Positions 43,310-52,415 are shown, counted from the first letter of the stretch. The stretch is DNA of 64,000 nucleotides from Candidatus Latescibacterota bacterium (GCA_965248265.1 CBDFJF010000002.1:1536001-1600000); one strand, 5' to 3'. Numbers and translations: made by a program. The notes: generated from the sequence alone by a model not told the origin.

Positions 43310-44056
43310 ATGATAGAGCTGGACGCCAACCTGTCTGAGGATGAATGGAGGGAGTTGCACAGCTCGTATGCTGAGCTGAGAAGTCAAGTCATCACCATCA
43401 AGCACCCTGGGTTTCCACACGGGTTGTGGTTCCTGCGCCTTCCTGAACAGATAGCGACTGACCAAGATCCGAAGACCGGTCCTTATCAGGTCGGCATGAC
43501 CTGGGTGAGAGTCGAAAAAGGTTGGAGATTCGCGCCCGGTCCCATAGACGGGTTGGACGGCACTGTAGAGGCGACTATATCATCCTCAGCGGCCGGCGCG
43601 ATTGACTTTGTTTTAGCTGTTCGCAATCAATCCCAAATGCCCTGGAGAAGGGCATTGGCCTGGCTGTGCTTCAATCATTCACATGCGATGGAGTACTACC
43701 GTTATCGCAATTTCGTCTGTTGTGATAGGGGAATCGTAATGACCCCGCCAAAGACCGAGGAACACTACTGTCTTCCCGGCCATGATCGCGAATGGTGGAG
43801 CAAGGGGAAGGTTTATCCAGAGGTCCCCTTTATCGGAACCAGTTGTACTATGGACGGCGGAGAACCCTTTTGCGTCGCCATCGCTGCAGAAGAAGCCATC
43901 ATGGTTGGGCAGAGCCCCGGATGGCCCTGTACGGACATTGCCCTGCTTTTCGGTGATGTCATGCCGGGGAACACCTCGGCGGTTCGTGGAAAGATATACT
44001 TCAGCAAAGGGACGCCCGAAGAAGCGTTGGAGCTCTACAGGCAAGACTTTGGATAA
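43310..44056 (+). CDS. Hypothetical protein
   Basis: Open frame with protein-like composition; start taken at MIELDA. No family recognised. Confidence 0.65.
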   Translation: MIELDANLSEDEWRELHSSYAELRSQVITIKHPGFPHGLWFLRLPEQIATDQDPKTGPYQVGMTWVRVEKGWRFAPGPIDGLDGTVEATISSSAAGAIDFVLAVRNQSQMPWRRALAWLCFNHSHAMEYYRYRNFVCCDRGIVMTPPKTEEHYCLPGHDREWWSKGKVYPEVPFIGTSCTMDGGEPFCVAIAAEEAIMVGQSPGWPCTDIALLFGDVMPGNTSAVRGKIYFSKGTPEEALELYRQDFG

Positions 44057-44090
44057 TCATTCGGAGGAAGCAGTTTGAGATGAACGCCGT

Positions 44091-44543
44091 ATGAAGATTC
44101 TCGTGGATGCCGATGCCTGCCCGCGTGCAGCGAAAGAGATCCTCTTCCGTGCCGCCGAACGAACCAAGGTCCCGATGACACTGATCGCCAACCAGTACAT
44201 CCGCGTACCCAAGTCCGCATATATCGACAGTATCGCCGTTGCCGCTGGCACGGATGAAGCCGATGATCGTATCGTCGAACTTGCCGAAGCTGACGACCTG
44301 GTGATCACGGCCGACATTCCGCTGGCCGATCGTGTTGTCAGCAAAGGGGCCACGGCTCTCGATCCCCGGGGTAAGCTACTCACCCAAGCCAACATCAAGG
44401 AGCGCCTCGCCACCCGCGACCTGCTCGAGGAGTTGCGCAATGCCGCTCTCGTCGACGGGGGCCCCGCCTCCTATGGACAGCGAGACAGCCAGGCCTTTGC
44501 CAATGAGCTGAACAAGATCCTGCAGTCACGCCCCTCAACCTGA
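44091..44543 (+). CDS. yaiI: YaiI/YqxD (UPF0178) family protein
   Basis: MKILVDADACP, ADD.I, DLVITADIPLA, PRG. Confidence 0.93.
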   Translation: MKILVDADACPRAAKEILFRAAERTKVPMTLIANQYIRVPKSAYIDSIAVAAGTDEADDRIVELAEADDLVITADIPLADRVVSKGATALDPRGKLLTQANIKERLATRDLLEELRNAALVDGGPASYGQRDSQAFANELNKILQSRPST

Positions 44544-44594
44544 CATGCTACCACGGTTATTCTGGCACCAGCGCTCACTCCAAGCCGAATGGTG

Positions 44595-45374
44595 TCAGCC
44601 GAAAATGACCGGGTTCAAGTCGTAATCATCCAGGTTCGAAATGACTGCGGTCTCCTGATCCTTCCTGGGCCAGGAGTTTTCCGTTCTCATATGGATCGCG
44701 AAACTGCGACGCGGTCGACCGGAGGTATTGGGGTGACTGCCGTGGAAGGTCAGCTTGTGATGAAAGGCAACCTGCCCGGCTTTCAGAAGCACCGGCACCG
44801 CTTCGCACTGGCTGCCCTCCGGCGCATTGATCGCATCCTGAAAGGAATCATGCGTGGTGTCAAAGAAATTCCCCTGATCGAGAAAACCCCATTTGTGTGA
44901 GCCCCGTACATAGAGCATCGGTCCGCAATCATCACTGACATCGGTCAGGGCTACCCATGCCGTGAAGAGCTCACTCTCCTCTTCCCAGAATCCCCAGTGG
45001 TCGCGGTCCTGATGCCATCCCACTTTGGTTTCGTGTGCACCCAGGCCGGGCTTGATCAGCAGCTGCACGGCCCAGACCTGCACCCATCGTGCACCCGTAA
45101 TCGCAGCGGCCCATTCTCCGAGAGCTGGATTCGAAACAAATTGTCGTATGGTGAGATCGGCGCGGTGGGAAGAGTCGATCTTGATCATCTTGCCCGGCGG
45201 TCCGACCGAAGGGTCGAAGGGACTCCGAGGGGCGATGCCGGTTTCGTACTGCCCGGATGCTACCAGATCCTGATGTGATATGGCCTTGGCAACAGACTCT
45301 TCATCAAAAAGAACGGGAGAAAAACAAAACCCCTGTTCCTCGAATTGCAATTTCGCTTGTTCGTACTTTGTCAT
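44595..45374 (-). CDS. PhyH family dioxygenase
   Basis: GWHQD, FTAWVAL.DV...GPM..V.GSHKWG, TFHGS.PN.S..PRRS. Confidence 0.92.
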   Translation of the reverse strand: MTKYEQAKLQFEEQGFCFSPVLFDEESVAKAISHQDLVASGQYETGIAPRSPFDPSVGPPGKMIKIDSSHRADLTIRQFVSNPALGEWAAAITGARWVQVWAVQLLIKPGLGAHETKVGWHQDRDHWGFWEEESELFTAWVALTDVSDDCGPMLYVRGSHKWGFLDQGNFFDTTHDSFQDAINAPEGSQCEAVPVLLKAGQVAFHHKLTFHGSHPNTSGRPRRSFAIHMRTENSWPRKDQETAVISNLDDYDLNPVIFG

Positions 45375-45415
45375 TTTCCTATGGCACGCCTATCGTGGTA
45401 TGATGCGTGCGTCCG

Positions 45416-46810
45416 TTACTCGAACCACAGCGAGAAGATCTCCGCGTCGCGCAGACTCAGCCGCACACTCCAACCCCCATCGTACGGTTTTTCTGAAGCG
45501 GAGTTCTGCCACTGGATGACGTGGTCGAGCGAGTCGCCGTCGAACGGCTGGCAGGTGTCGGCCTCAAACCCGGGTACTGCCTTCCCGTTTTCGTCCAGTA
45601 GTTCGGCTGTGATCTGGCCCCGTGACGCGTCGGCGTTGAGGTGCAGTTCACGACCCGCCGGTACAGGCACCGTGATCAGTTCGCCACCCCCGTCGACAGC
45701 TCGAAGCCCCACCAACCTGTCCCTCTGCCATCGCGCCAGGCCGATGGCCCGCTTCATGTCCCCTTTTCTGTGCGTGCCATGGGGCCGGTCCATGGCGAAG
45801 TAGTAGAGCCGCAGCTCGTCGCCGTTCTCGACAAACGACTTGGCCGAACGGATGAAGCCGCCGTCCCATTCACCGCGCCTGCCCATCTCCAGGATGCGCT
45901 TGCGGTCTCCGACCCGCTCCCATTTGCGGCCGTCGCGGCTACTGATGAGCTGAACGTCCATGACGCCTTGCGTGTTGAGGCCGATGTTGCCCGTCATGGT
46001 GTCGGTCGAGCGCAGGATGTCCATGAAGCCCAGCAGCAACGGTCCGTAGCGGAATATTGGGATGCCGTAGATCTGCGAGGCTTTGTCCGGATCACCGCCC
46101 GCCCACTCATCGTCGATCTGGTCGGGGATCACGGCAGGCAGAGGCAGCGTCCAGTCCAGCGCGTCCTCACTCACCGTCCAGTTCTGGATACGGCGTCTCC
46201 TTCCCCGGATCTGCAGGTGACACTTGACCATCCCACGAAAGAGGTTTTCGCGTTCATCGTACATGTAGAATCCGACATCGTGAAAGCGTGGAATCACCGG
46301 TTCCGACGACCAATCCGTCCACCTCAGTCCGTCCTCGGAAAAACGGACGTAATGACTGAGCCCACTGAGCGCGAGCAGGGTGTAGCGCCGGCCCGGTCCC
46401 AGCTGCGGCGTGTGCAAGACGTTCGAGTACTGATGGGGGCGGCTCTGCGGGTTGAGGAAGATATTGCTTTCCATCGATCCTTCGGGGTCGGCGAACTGAC
46501 CCAGTGCAGGCCGGCGCCACTCGATGCCGTCGTCGCTCTCGGCGTACATCGACCAATTGACCGCCTTCGTTTCGCCTCGGCCCCCGATGCCCGATCCGTA
46601 CCACATTCGGTAGAGACCCTCTTCCTTGAGGACTGTCCCGAGCATGGGCTGGCCACACTCCCACGGCCGGTCGCCACGCAGAACAGGATTGCCCTCGTAC
46701 TTATCGCCCGGATGGATACGGCGCTGAAGGCCATCCATCGACTGGATCTGCGCGTCGTCGATAAACAAGACCCGGTCCTCGGAGCTGGGAGAACTCGTAA
46801 CGGGCGTCAT
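45416..46810 (-). CDS. Five-bladed beta-propeller glycoside hydrolase-like protein (paralog)
   Basis: Start ATG 46810 with an ATGA overlap. LFIDD, GNPVL...PWE, YRMWY, YAESDDGIEW.RP.LG, SRDG..W, IGLA.W..DRLV. Confidence 0.8.
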   Translation of the reverse strand: MTPVTSSPSSEDRVLFIDDAQIQSMDGLQRRIHPGDKYEGNPVLRGDRPWECGQPMLGTVLKEEGLYRMWYGSGIGGRGETKAVNWSMYAESDDGIEWRRPALGQFADPEGSMESNIFLNPQSRPHQYSNVLHTPQLGPGRRYTLLALSGLSHYVRFSEDGLRWTDWSSEPVIPRFHDVGFYMYDERENLFRGMVKCHLQIRGRRRRIQNWTVSEDALDWTLPLPAVIPDQIDDEWAGGDPDKASQIYGIPIFRYGPLLLGFMDILRSTDTMTGNIGLNTQGVMDVQLISSRDGRKWERVGDRKRILEMGRRGEWDGGFIRSAKSFVENGDELRLYYFAMDRPHGTHRKGDMKRAIGLARWQRDRLVGLRAVDGGGELITVPVPAGRELHLNADASRGQITAELLDENGKAVPGFEADTCQPFDGDSLDHVIQWQNSASEKPYDGGWSVRLSLRDAEIFSLWFE

Positions 46811-48216
46811 GGCTCCCACCACAGTGAAAAGAGTTCGGCATTTCGCAGCTCCAGATGGATGCGCACTGTGCGACCGGCCAACGAAGAGAGGTCGCCGTTT
46901 TTCCATTCGAGTAGATGGTCGAGAGCGTCGCCGTTCATGGGCTCACATTCCGCGACCGAGAAACCATCGATTGGTGTTCCGTCCTCCTCCGCTAGCGAAG
47001 CGCGTAAACTCCCGCTGGAAGCGTCGGCATTCACGCGCAGGCGGCCGGCGGCCACGGTCGCCGTGGTCTCGACGACGCCGTCCTCTCCGGTCGCCAGTCC
47101 GACGAGCCGATCTCGCGGCCAGGACGCCATACCGATGCTCTTCGTCCACTGGCTCCGCAGAAGCGCACCCGGAGTCTTCCGGCACCCGGTGTAGTAGGCG
47201 ACAACCCTGTTTCCGTCCTCAATCAGCGAGTTGCCCATCCACACGTATCCACTATCCCAAAACGAGTCGGTAGACTCGTCAGAGTCGTCAGACTCGTCGG
47301 AGTCGTCCGACGCCCCGCCGCGCTCCAGGATCGGGCGTCGGTCTCCCACGCGATGCCAGATCTTGCCGTCCCTGCTGGACACCAGCTGGACATCCATCTC
47401 GCCGTCGAGTCCGCCGCCAATCACCCGGCCTCGCAGCACCTGGAGGAAGCCCAACAGCATCGGACCATAGCGCGTGATCGGCATCGCCGGGAAGAAGGTA
47501 CTGTTACTGCGGTCGCCGCCGGCCCATTCGGTGTCCGCTTCGTCGCGATTGATGACAGGGCGGGGGAGGGACCACTCCAACCCATCCGTGCTCTGCGTCG
47601 CGTACAGCTGTGCTTCCCAGCGTGCATAGGAAATCAATCCCCGAAATTTCTCGTCGACCTCGTCGTACATGAACCACCCGATCTCGAAACCGGGGATGAC
47701 AGGCGTCTCCGGCCCGTCGCTCCAACGTACCCCGTCGTCGGAGTAAGCGGCAAAATGACCGTTGTAGGGCAGATCGTAGCCGCTGCCATAGGAGAGCATG
47801 GTGTAAGCGTGGCCTGCCGGCGCGTGGGGTCTGCAAAGGACGGACGGGTGGATGTCCCGGTCGAATTTCGTCCTGACCAAGGTGATGTTGTTGGCGTAGG
47901 AACCCATCGCATCTTCGGTCACGCCGAGCTCGGGCTTCGACCACGCTAGACCGTCATTGCTCTCCGCGTACAGGTGGAGTGAACGGATGAAGGAGTCGAT
48001 CCCGATAGGATCTGGAGCCATCGCGTAAGATTGGTACCACATCCGGTACCGACCGCCCTCTTTGCGAACGGTCCCCAGCGTCGTCTCCGCTCCCTCCCAT
48101 TCGCGGTCTGATGAGACGACCGGGTTTCCGTGCTTGCGGGCGGGGTGGATCCGGCGTTCCACGCCCTGCATCGAGGTGATCTGGGCGTCGTCGATGAAGA
48201 GGATCCTGTCCGTCAT
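46807..48216 (-). CDS. Five-bladed beta-propeller glycoside hydrolase-like protein (tandem paralog)
   Basis: LFIDDAQI, YRMWY, YAESNDGLAWSKPELG, MDVQLVSSRDG, DRLVGL, GRTVRIH. ATGA overlap with uxuA. Confidence 0.8.
   Translation of the reverse strand: MTDRILFIDDAQITSMQGVERRIHPARKHGNPVVSSDREWEGAETTLGTVRKEGGRYRMWYQSYAMAPDPIGIDSFIRSLHLYAESNDGLAWSKPELGVTEDAMGSYANNITLVRTKFDRDIHPSVLCRPHAPAGHAYTMLSYGSGYDLPYNGHFAAYSDDGVRWSDGPETPVIPGFEIGWFMYDEVDEKFRGLISYARWEAQLYATQSTDGLEWSLPRPVINRDEADTEWAGGDRSNSTFFPAMPITRYGPMLLGFLQVLRGRVIGGGLDGEMDVQLVSSRDGKIWHRVGDRRPILERGGASDDSDESDDSDESTDSFWDSGYVWMGNSLIEDGNRVVAYYTGCRKTPGALLRSQWTKSIGMASWPRDRLVGLATGEDGVVETTATVAAGRLRVNADASSGSLRASLAEEDGTPIDGFSVAECEPMNGDALDHLLEWKNGDLSSLAGRTVRIHLELRNAELFSLWWEP
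47264..47310 (-). repeat. In-frame 9/18-bp tandem repeat encoding SDDSDESDDSDESTDS
   Basis: AGACTCGTCAGAGTCGTC then AGACTCGTCGGAGTCGTC at 47272-47307. Absent at the equivalent position of the neighbouring paralog (ILEMGRRGEWDGG). Confidence 0.8.
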
Positions 48217-49199
48217 GGCGATTGTAGCGCCGCCTGCTTGGTAACGGCTTCGATCATCGCCTGTATGTAACCATTGGCGAATGCTCGTCCGCGATGGTCC
48301 CAGGGTGTGTCGCCGTGTGTGTGGGGTACGTGATCGTCGATGAAAAAGCCGTGGTAGCCGGCCTCGTAATAGGTCTTCATCGCCCGGTACATATCAACGT
48401 GGCCGGTGTTGATGAACTCCTCGTGAAAGCGCTCCGGGTTTGGGCCGGACACGTTCCTCCAGTGCACGTAGAGCACCCGGTCGCGCTCGACCATCTCCTT
48501 GATGAACCCGTAGATGTTGTCGCCGGTCGAGTCGGCCATCTCGGCGAAGGTACCCTGGCAGAATTCGATGGCGTTACACGGGGAGTCGACGATGTCGAGG
48601 CAGCGACGGTAATCGTCGTAGGAGCTGAACAGCTGCGGGATGCCGGCGAGGGACTCGACGGGAGGATCACACGGGTGGATGCCGAGCCGGATTCCTTCCT
48701 CCTCAGCCACGGGAGTGATGGTCCTTATCCAGAGCTCGAGGCTCTCCCACATCTCCGCTCTGGTGTAGACGCGTCCATGAGTCAACGGCAACTCCCGCAC
48801 GGCCTCATAGTCAAATGCCGTGGCCATCGCTCCGCCGCGGACGGCGACCTGAGGTGTTCGCCACACGAAGGATGGCATCCAGTGGTAGCCGAATATGGGG
48901 ATACCGGCACGGGCCATGTTGCGCACGTTCGTGATCATCCTGTCGATCTGTTCATCGCGCCTGGGGCCGTTGAGGATGATGTGGTCATAAAACGAGATCG
49001 GCACGTTTTCTATCGCAGTGAGCTTCATGCCGTACTCTTCGACGGTAACACGCAGTTTGATCAGATCATGCAGCGCCCACGTCCCATCGTACTCAGGCAG
49101 ATGTTGAGTGCTGGGGATGATGTCGGTGGCGCCGAACTGCTGGGCGTACCGCAGGGATTCGGCTGTAGGAGCGATGTTGCTTCCGAATCCTACTCTCAT
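48213..49199 (-). CDS. uxuA: Mannonate dehydratase family protein
   Basis: AIEN.P, GPRRDEQI, YHWMP, HPCDPP, FCQG, HWRNV, F.EEF...G.VDM, DHVP. Confidence 0.88.
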   Translation of the reverse strand: MRVGFGSNIAPTAESLRYAQQFGATDIIPSTQHLPEYDGTWALHDLIKLRVTVEEYGMKLTAIENVPISFYDHIILNGPRRDEQIDRMITNVRNMARAGIPIFGYHWMPSFVWRTPQVAVRGGAMATAFDYEAVRELPLTHGRVYTRAEMWESLELWIRTITPVAEEEGIRLGIHPCDPPVESLAGIPQLFSSYDDYRRCLDIVDSPCNAIEFCQGTFAEMADSTGDNIYGFIKEMVERDRVLYVHWRNVSGPNPERFHEEFINTGHVDMYRAMKTYYEAGYHGFFIDDHVPHTHGDTPWDHRGRAFANGYIQAMIEAVTKQAALQSP

Positions 49200-49200
49200 T

Positions 49201-50301
49201 TCAGCTTTTTTCTACCAAACGGCAGCAGCGCACGTAGGTGACTTGCTCTTCGGTGACGTAGAAGGCGACGATGATGGTTCCGTCTGATAGCTGCGTGATC
49301 GATGGGGTCCCGAACGTGAAGTGATGGTACGAGTCGAAAGCGTCCTCGACGAGGTCACGCTTCCTCGACAGCACGGGTGCGCTCCTGACGCGGGCGGGCT
49401 CGATGCCCCACAGCTCGAGATGATGCTCCTCATCGAAACTCGCACCGCCGTCATCAGATAGCACCGCGCGCACGCCCATCGGTTCGCGGCGGTGGTTGGT
49501 CACGGCGATCACGCGGCCACTCTGCAGACACAGCACGTCGGTTACCTGGCCCCAGAATCTGGCGTTCTGCGGATCGCTCCAGGTTTCACCGGCGTCTCTC
49601 GAAAACGCGGTGTGGACGTTCAGCCCCGAGTCACTTTTCATGTCATGGGTCCAGAATGCAGCCAGCAGACTGTCGTCGGCAAGCTGCGTCAGGCGAAGGT
49701 CGAAATAATACCTGTTGTCAACCGGCCCCTGAACCCGCCGCCACGGTTCCCACGAGCGAGCGCCGTCGTGGGATCGAGTGATGGTGGCCGCCCAATCCGG
49801 TGGCTCGTCGTCGGTTCGATCCTCACCCCACTCACCGGCGGCTATGATGGTGCCATCTGCCATCGTCAACAGGTTGCCACCAGGTCCCATGCGATCGAAT
49901 GGGGCACTGTCTATGGGAGCGAGCGCCGACCAGGTATCTCCGCGGTCCTGAGAGGTGGCGACAAGCTGTCCATCCCCTGTACCGCTGCGGGGGTAGCGCA
50001 CGCAGGCGACGGTCTGTCCGTCTGCAGTTACGCCGAAGCCGCCGGGAAGCCGCCAGCCTTCAACTGCATCTGGGGGTTCGGGCAGTTGGCCGGCGCGATC
50101 CCAGGTCACTCCTCCATCTGTTGAACGGTGGATGACGACAACGCCGTCGTCGCTCTCTCGGGCGGTAGCATGCCGGCACATGCACAGCAGCGTGTCGTCA
50201 GGCAACGCCTGAATCGACGGGAAGGCGACGTACTCGTTTTTCAGGTTGGGATGGGGATTGCGATAGATCTCGCAGTGCCCGGATACCTCGAGATGGGCCA
50301 T
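49201..50301 (-). CDS. Sialidase-like Asp-box (BNR) beta-propeller protein
   Basis: Five Asp boxes: STDGGVTW, SQDRGDTW, SHDGARSW, SRDAGETW, SDDGGASF. No signal peptide. Confidence 0.85.
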   Translation of the reverse strand: MAHLEVSGHCEIYRNPHPNLKNEYVAFPSIQALPDDTLLCMCRHATARESDDGVVVIHRSTDGGVTWDRAGQLPEPPDAVEGWRLPGGFGVTADGQTVACVRYPRSGTGDGQLVATSQDRGDTWSALAPIDSAPFDRMGPGGNLLTMADGTIIAAGEWGEDRTDDEPPDWAATITRSHDGARSWEPWRRVQGPVDNRYYFDLRLTQLADDSLLAAFWTHDMKSDSGLNVHTAFSRDAGETWSDPQNARFWGQVTDVLCLQSGRVIAVTNHRREPMGVRAVLSDDGGASFDEEHHLELWGIEPARVRSAPVLSRKRDLVEDAFDSYHHFTFGTPSITQLSDGTIIVAFYVTEEQVTYVRCCRLVEKS

Positions 50302-50530
50302 GGTCTCACATGCCGTCGTTGGGGGTCAGCGAATTTCCAGCGAACGTAGCAATACTCATCCCTGTTTGCCATGATGTCAGGGTGCAGGACCCTGTCCGGC
50401 AGGGGGAAAGAAGGCAGGGTGAATTCTTCACAATGGGGGACTGGGTTTTCGTATATATTCCATACTATAGTGTTACGAAGTGTTTACTCGAACTTGTAGC
50501 TCGTAATTCCTCCGCCTCGGAAGCGGTGCC

Positions 50531-51232
50531 ATGAAACCTGCGACGAAAGCCGCTCTATTCGGGCTCTGGGCCCTCGTGCTCTCAAGCGGTTGCGGTTACG
50601 GTGACGATGTGGCTTACAGCCCGTCGGCTCCTGCCTACGATGCGGAAAGGGATCTGGGCCGGCCAACCACCGCCACGATTCAAGACCGCACCGGCAAGAT
50701 CTGGGACGTGGCTCACGCGCAGGAATACGGCATGGTGTCATCCGGCTTCGAATTCGGTCTGGGACCTTATGCCATCAAACCCATAATGAACCCGCAGATG
50801 CTCTCCGCGGGCGATTTTAACTACCCTTCGAACCACGACAATTTTCGCGTCATGGGGGTTAGGCTGAACGGTTTCATCCGCGCCTATCCCCTGGGCATCT
50901 TGACAGGGCACGAAGTTGCCAACGAGCAGTTCGGAGACGCGCACGTTGCCGTGGCCTACTGACCACTGGTCGATCTGGCTGCCGTGTACAGCCGAGAGAT
51001 TGACGGCGAAATTCTGACCCTGAGCGCCAGTGGATGGACCTATCGCAGAACCTTCGTGCTGTTCGACTACGAGACCGAAAGCATGTGGTACCACCTGCAA
51101 GGTGACGACGGATTGACCTGCATCAGCGGTTTCTACGCCGACCGCAAGCTGCCTGAACTCGAATCCAGCCTTACGCGCTGGAACCTTTGGAAAGCGGAAT
51201 TTCCGGATTCAGAGTTCCTCAAGTACCCCTAG
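50531..51232 (+). CDS. DUF3179 domain selenoprotein (lipoprotein), UGA at 50960-50962 read as Sec144
   Basis: ORFs 50531-50962 and 50984-51232 share one frame and are separated by a single TGA. The joined protein reads RAYPL.IL..HEVANE...VAVAY-U-PLVDLAAVYSR...SG..Y....VLFD.ETESMW...W..WK..FPDS, the DUF3179 pattern with U at the conserved Cys. Lipobox-like LSSGC. Confidence 0.85.
50963..51004 (+). promoter_or_regulatory. Candidate bacterial SECIS hairpin
   Basis: GTCGATCT (50969-76) pairs with AGATTGAC (50997-51004), with one G-U. GGCTG (50977-81) pairs with CAGCC (50989-93). The G-containing loop CCGTGTA begins about 20 nt after the UGA. Confidence 0.65.
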
Positions 51233-51348
51233 GATTGCCGGCCCTTCTCGTTAGGAACCAGCCCCACTTTTGAACCCAAGTTCGCCAAGCATGCTATAAG
51301 GCGGTTAGACAAAGGCGTCGGAGGAGAGAGTCCATGAGGGTCGGTCTA

Positions 51349-52254
51349 CTACACTGGCTTGCGATCCTTCAGGTTCTGTCCCACATACCGGTACCCAGGC
51401 ACATTGCCGGCGCAATGCGTTCCGCGAAACAGCGTCTTCCGCATCGCGGGCATCCGTTCCACCAATGCCTCAGGCGGCTGCCATGGGCTCCACCGGGACC
51501 CGACGCTGTTGTAGAGATTAAAGATCGCCACCCGCTCGTCGTCTGCATTGGTCCAGGGGCACGTGCTGTGCGCCAAGGCCTCGGTAAAAAACAACACCGA
51601 CCCTGCCGGGCATTCATAGGTGTCCCACACCGCCGAATGCGGGTCTTGTATTGACTCGGGCGCGGCATAGGCCGCCTTGTGGCTGCCCGTGGCCAGGAGT
51701 GTCCCGCCCTGTCCCATCTTCACAGGGGCCAATTCCCACACCACCCGTGTCAGGCCACTGAACGACTTGCCGGGGATGCTTTGATAGTGGTGTGAGTCGT
51801 AGGCGAAGCGGAATAAGCCGCTGCCATTGTGCGGACCGAAAACCCCTTCTCGTTCGGGTGTGGCCGCCGGGTTGCGCAAGCCGCTACTCTCCATGCGAAA
51901 GCCATAGCACTCCGGGCTCGACAGATGTGGAAAAGCCAGGAATTCGTTCAAAAAACCCACCACGACTGGATGGTCCGTCAACTTCTGCAGTGGGCCGGCG
52001 ACATGGCTGCGCTCGTGCTCTGGCAGTGACTTCGGATTTCGCACCACCCTCAACGCGTATTCACGCATCGCCTCGATCTCGTCATCGGCCAACACGCCCG
52101 GCACCAACAGCCATCCCCGCGTATCAAAGAGGTACTTCTGCTCCTGCGTCAACGCTATCACCGGTTCGCCATCGGCGTTCCTGGTGGGTAGGTCGCCTTC
52201 GGTAATCTCCAACTTATGTCCCAGATTCTTGTCTACTACGTATGCTTCGCTCAT
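51349..52254 (-). CDS. PhyH-like Fe(II)/2OG enzyme with HxG motif
   Basis: QKYLFDTRGWLLVPGVL, PHNG, VVWEL...GGT....GSHK, AGSVLFFTEALAH. Confidence 0.85.
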   Translation of the reverse strand: MSEAYVVDKNLGHKLEITEGDLPTRNADGEPVIALTQEQKYLFDTRGWLLVPGVLADDEIEAMREYALRVVRNPKSLPEHERSHVAGPLQKLTDHPVVVGFLNEFLAFPHLSSPECYGFRMESSGLRNPAATPEREGVFGPHNGSGLFRFAYDSHHYQSIPGKSFSGLTRVVWELAPVKMGQGGTLLATGSHKAAYAAPESIQDPHSAVWDTYECPAGSVLFFTEALAHSTCPWTNADDERVAIFNLYNSVGSRWSPWQPPEALVERMPAMRKTLFRGTHCAGNVPGYRYVGQNLKDRKPV

Positions 52255-52415
52255 CTATCCGTTGCTCCTTGGACTGTCTTCGCTGGCCAGTTTCTTGTCC
52301 GCCAACACCAAGACCGCCAGGGCGACCAGTTCCACGACGGTAGGCGGTACCGACGCAGGGTCAAAAACAGGGGTATTGACAGCAGTCCTATGAAAATCTT
52401 TAGGCCCTTGTTCAT
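52255..52415 (-). pseudogene. Internally deleted small membrane protein (DUF4345-like) remnant
   Basis: GGAGG RBS then MNKGLKIFIGLLSIPLFL. A second frame gives FDPASVPPTVVELVALAVLVLADKKLASEDSPRSNG*, whose TAG abuts the ATG of the next gene. Confidence 0.55.

Noticed and set aside
45641-47194. 517-aa plus-strand ORF
   Set aside because: Antisense to two propeller paralogs that carry clear family motifs.
50445-50482. Resemblance to loxP arms (TTCGTATA...TACGAAGT)
   Set aside because: The spacer is far too long, the arms are incomplete and no recombinase gene is in the window.
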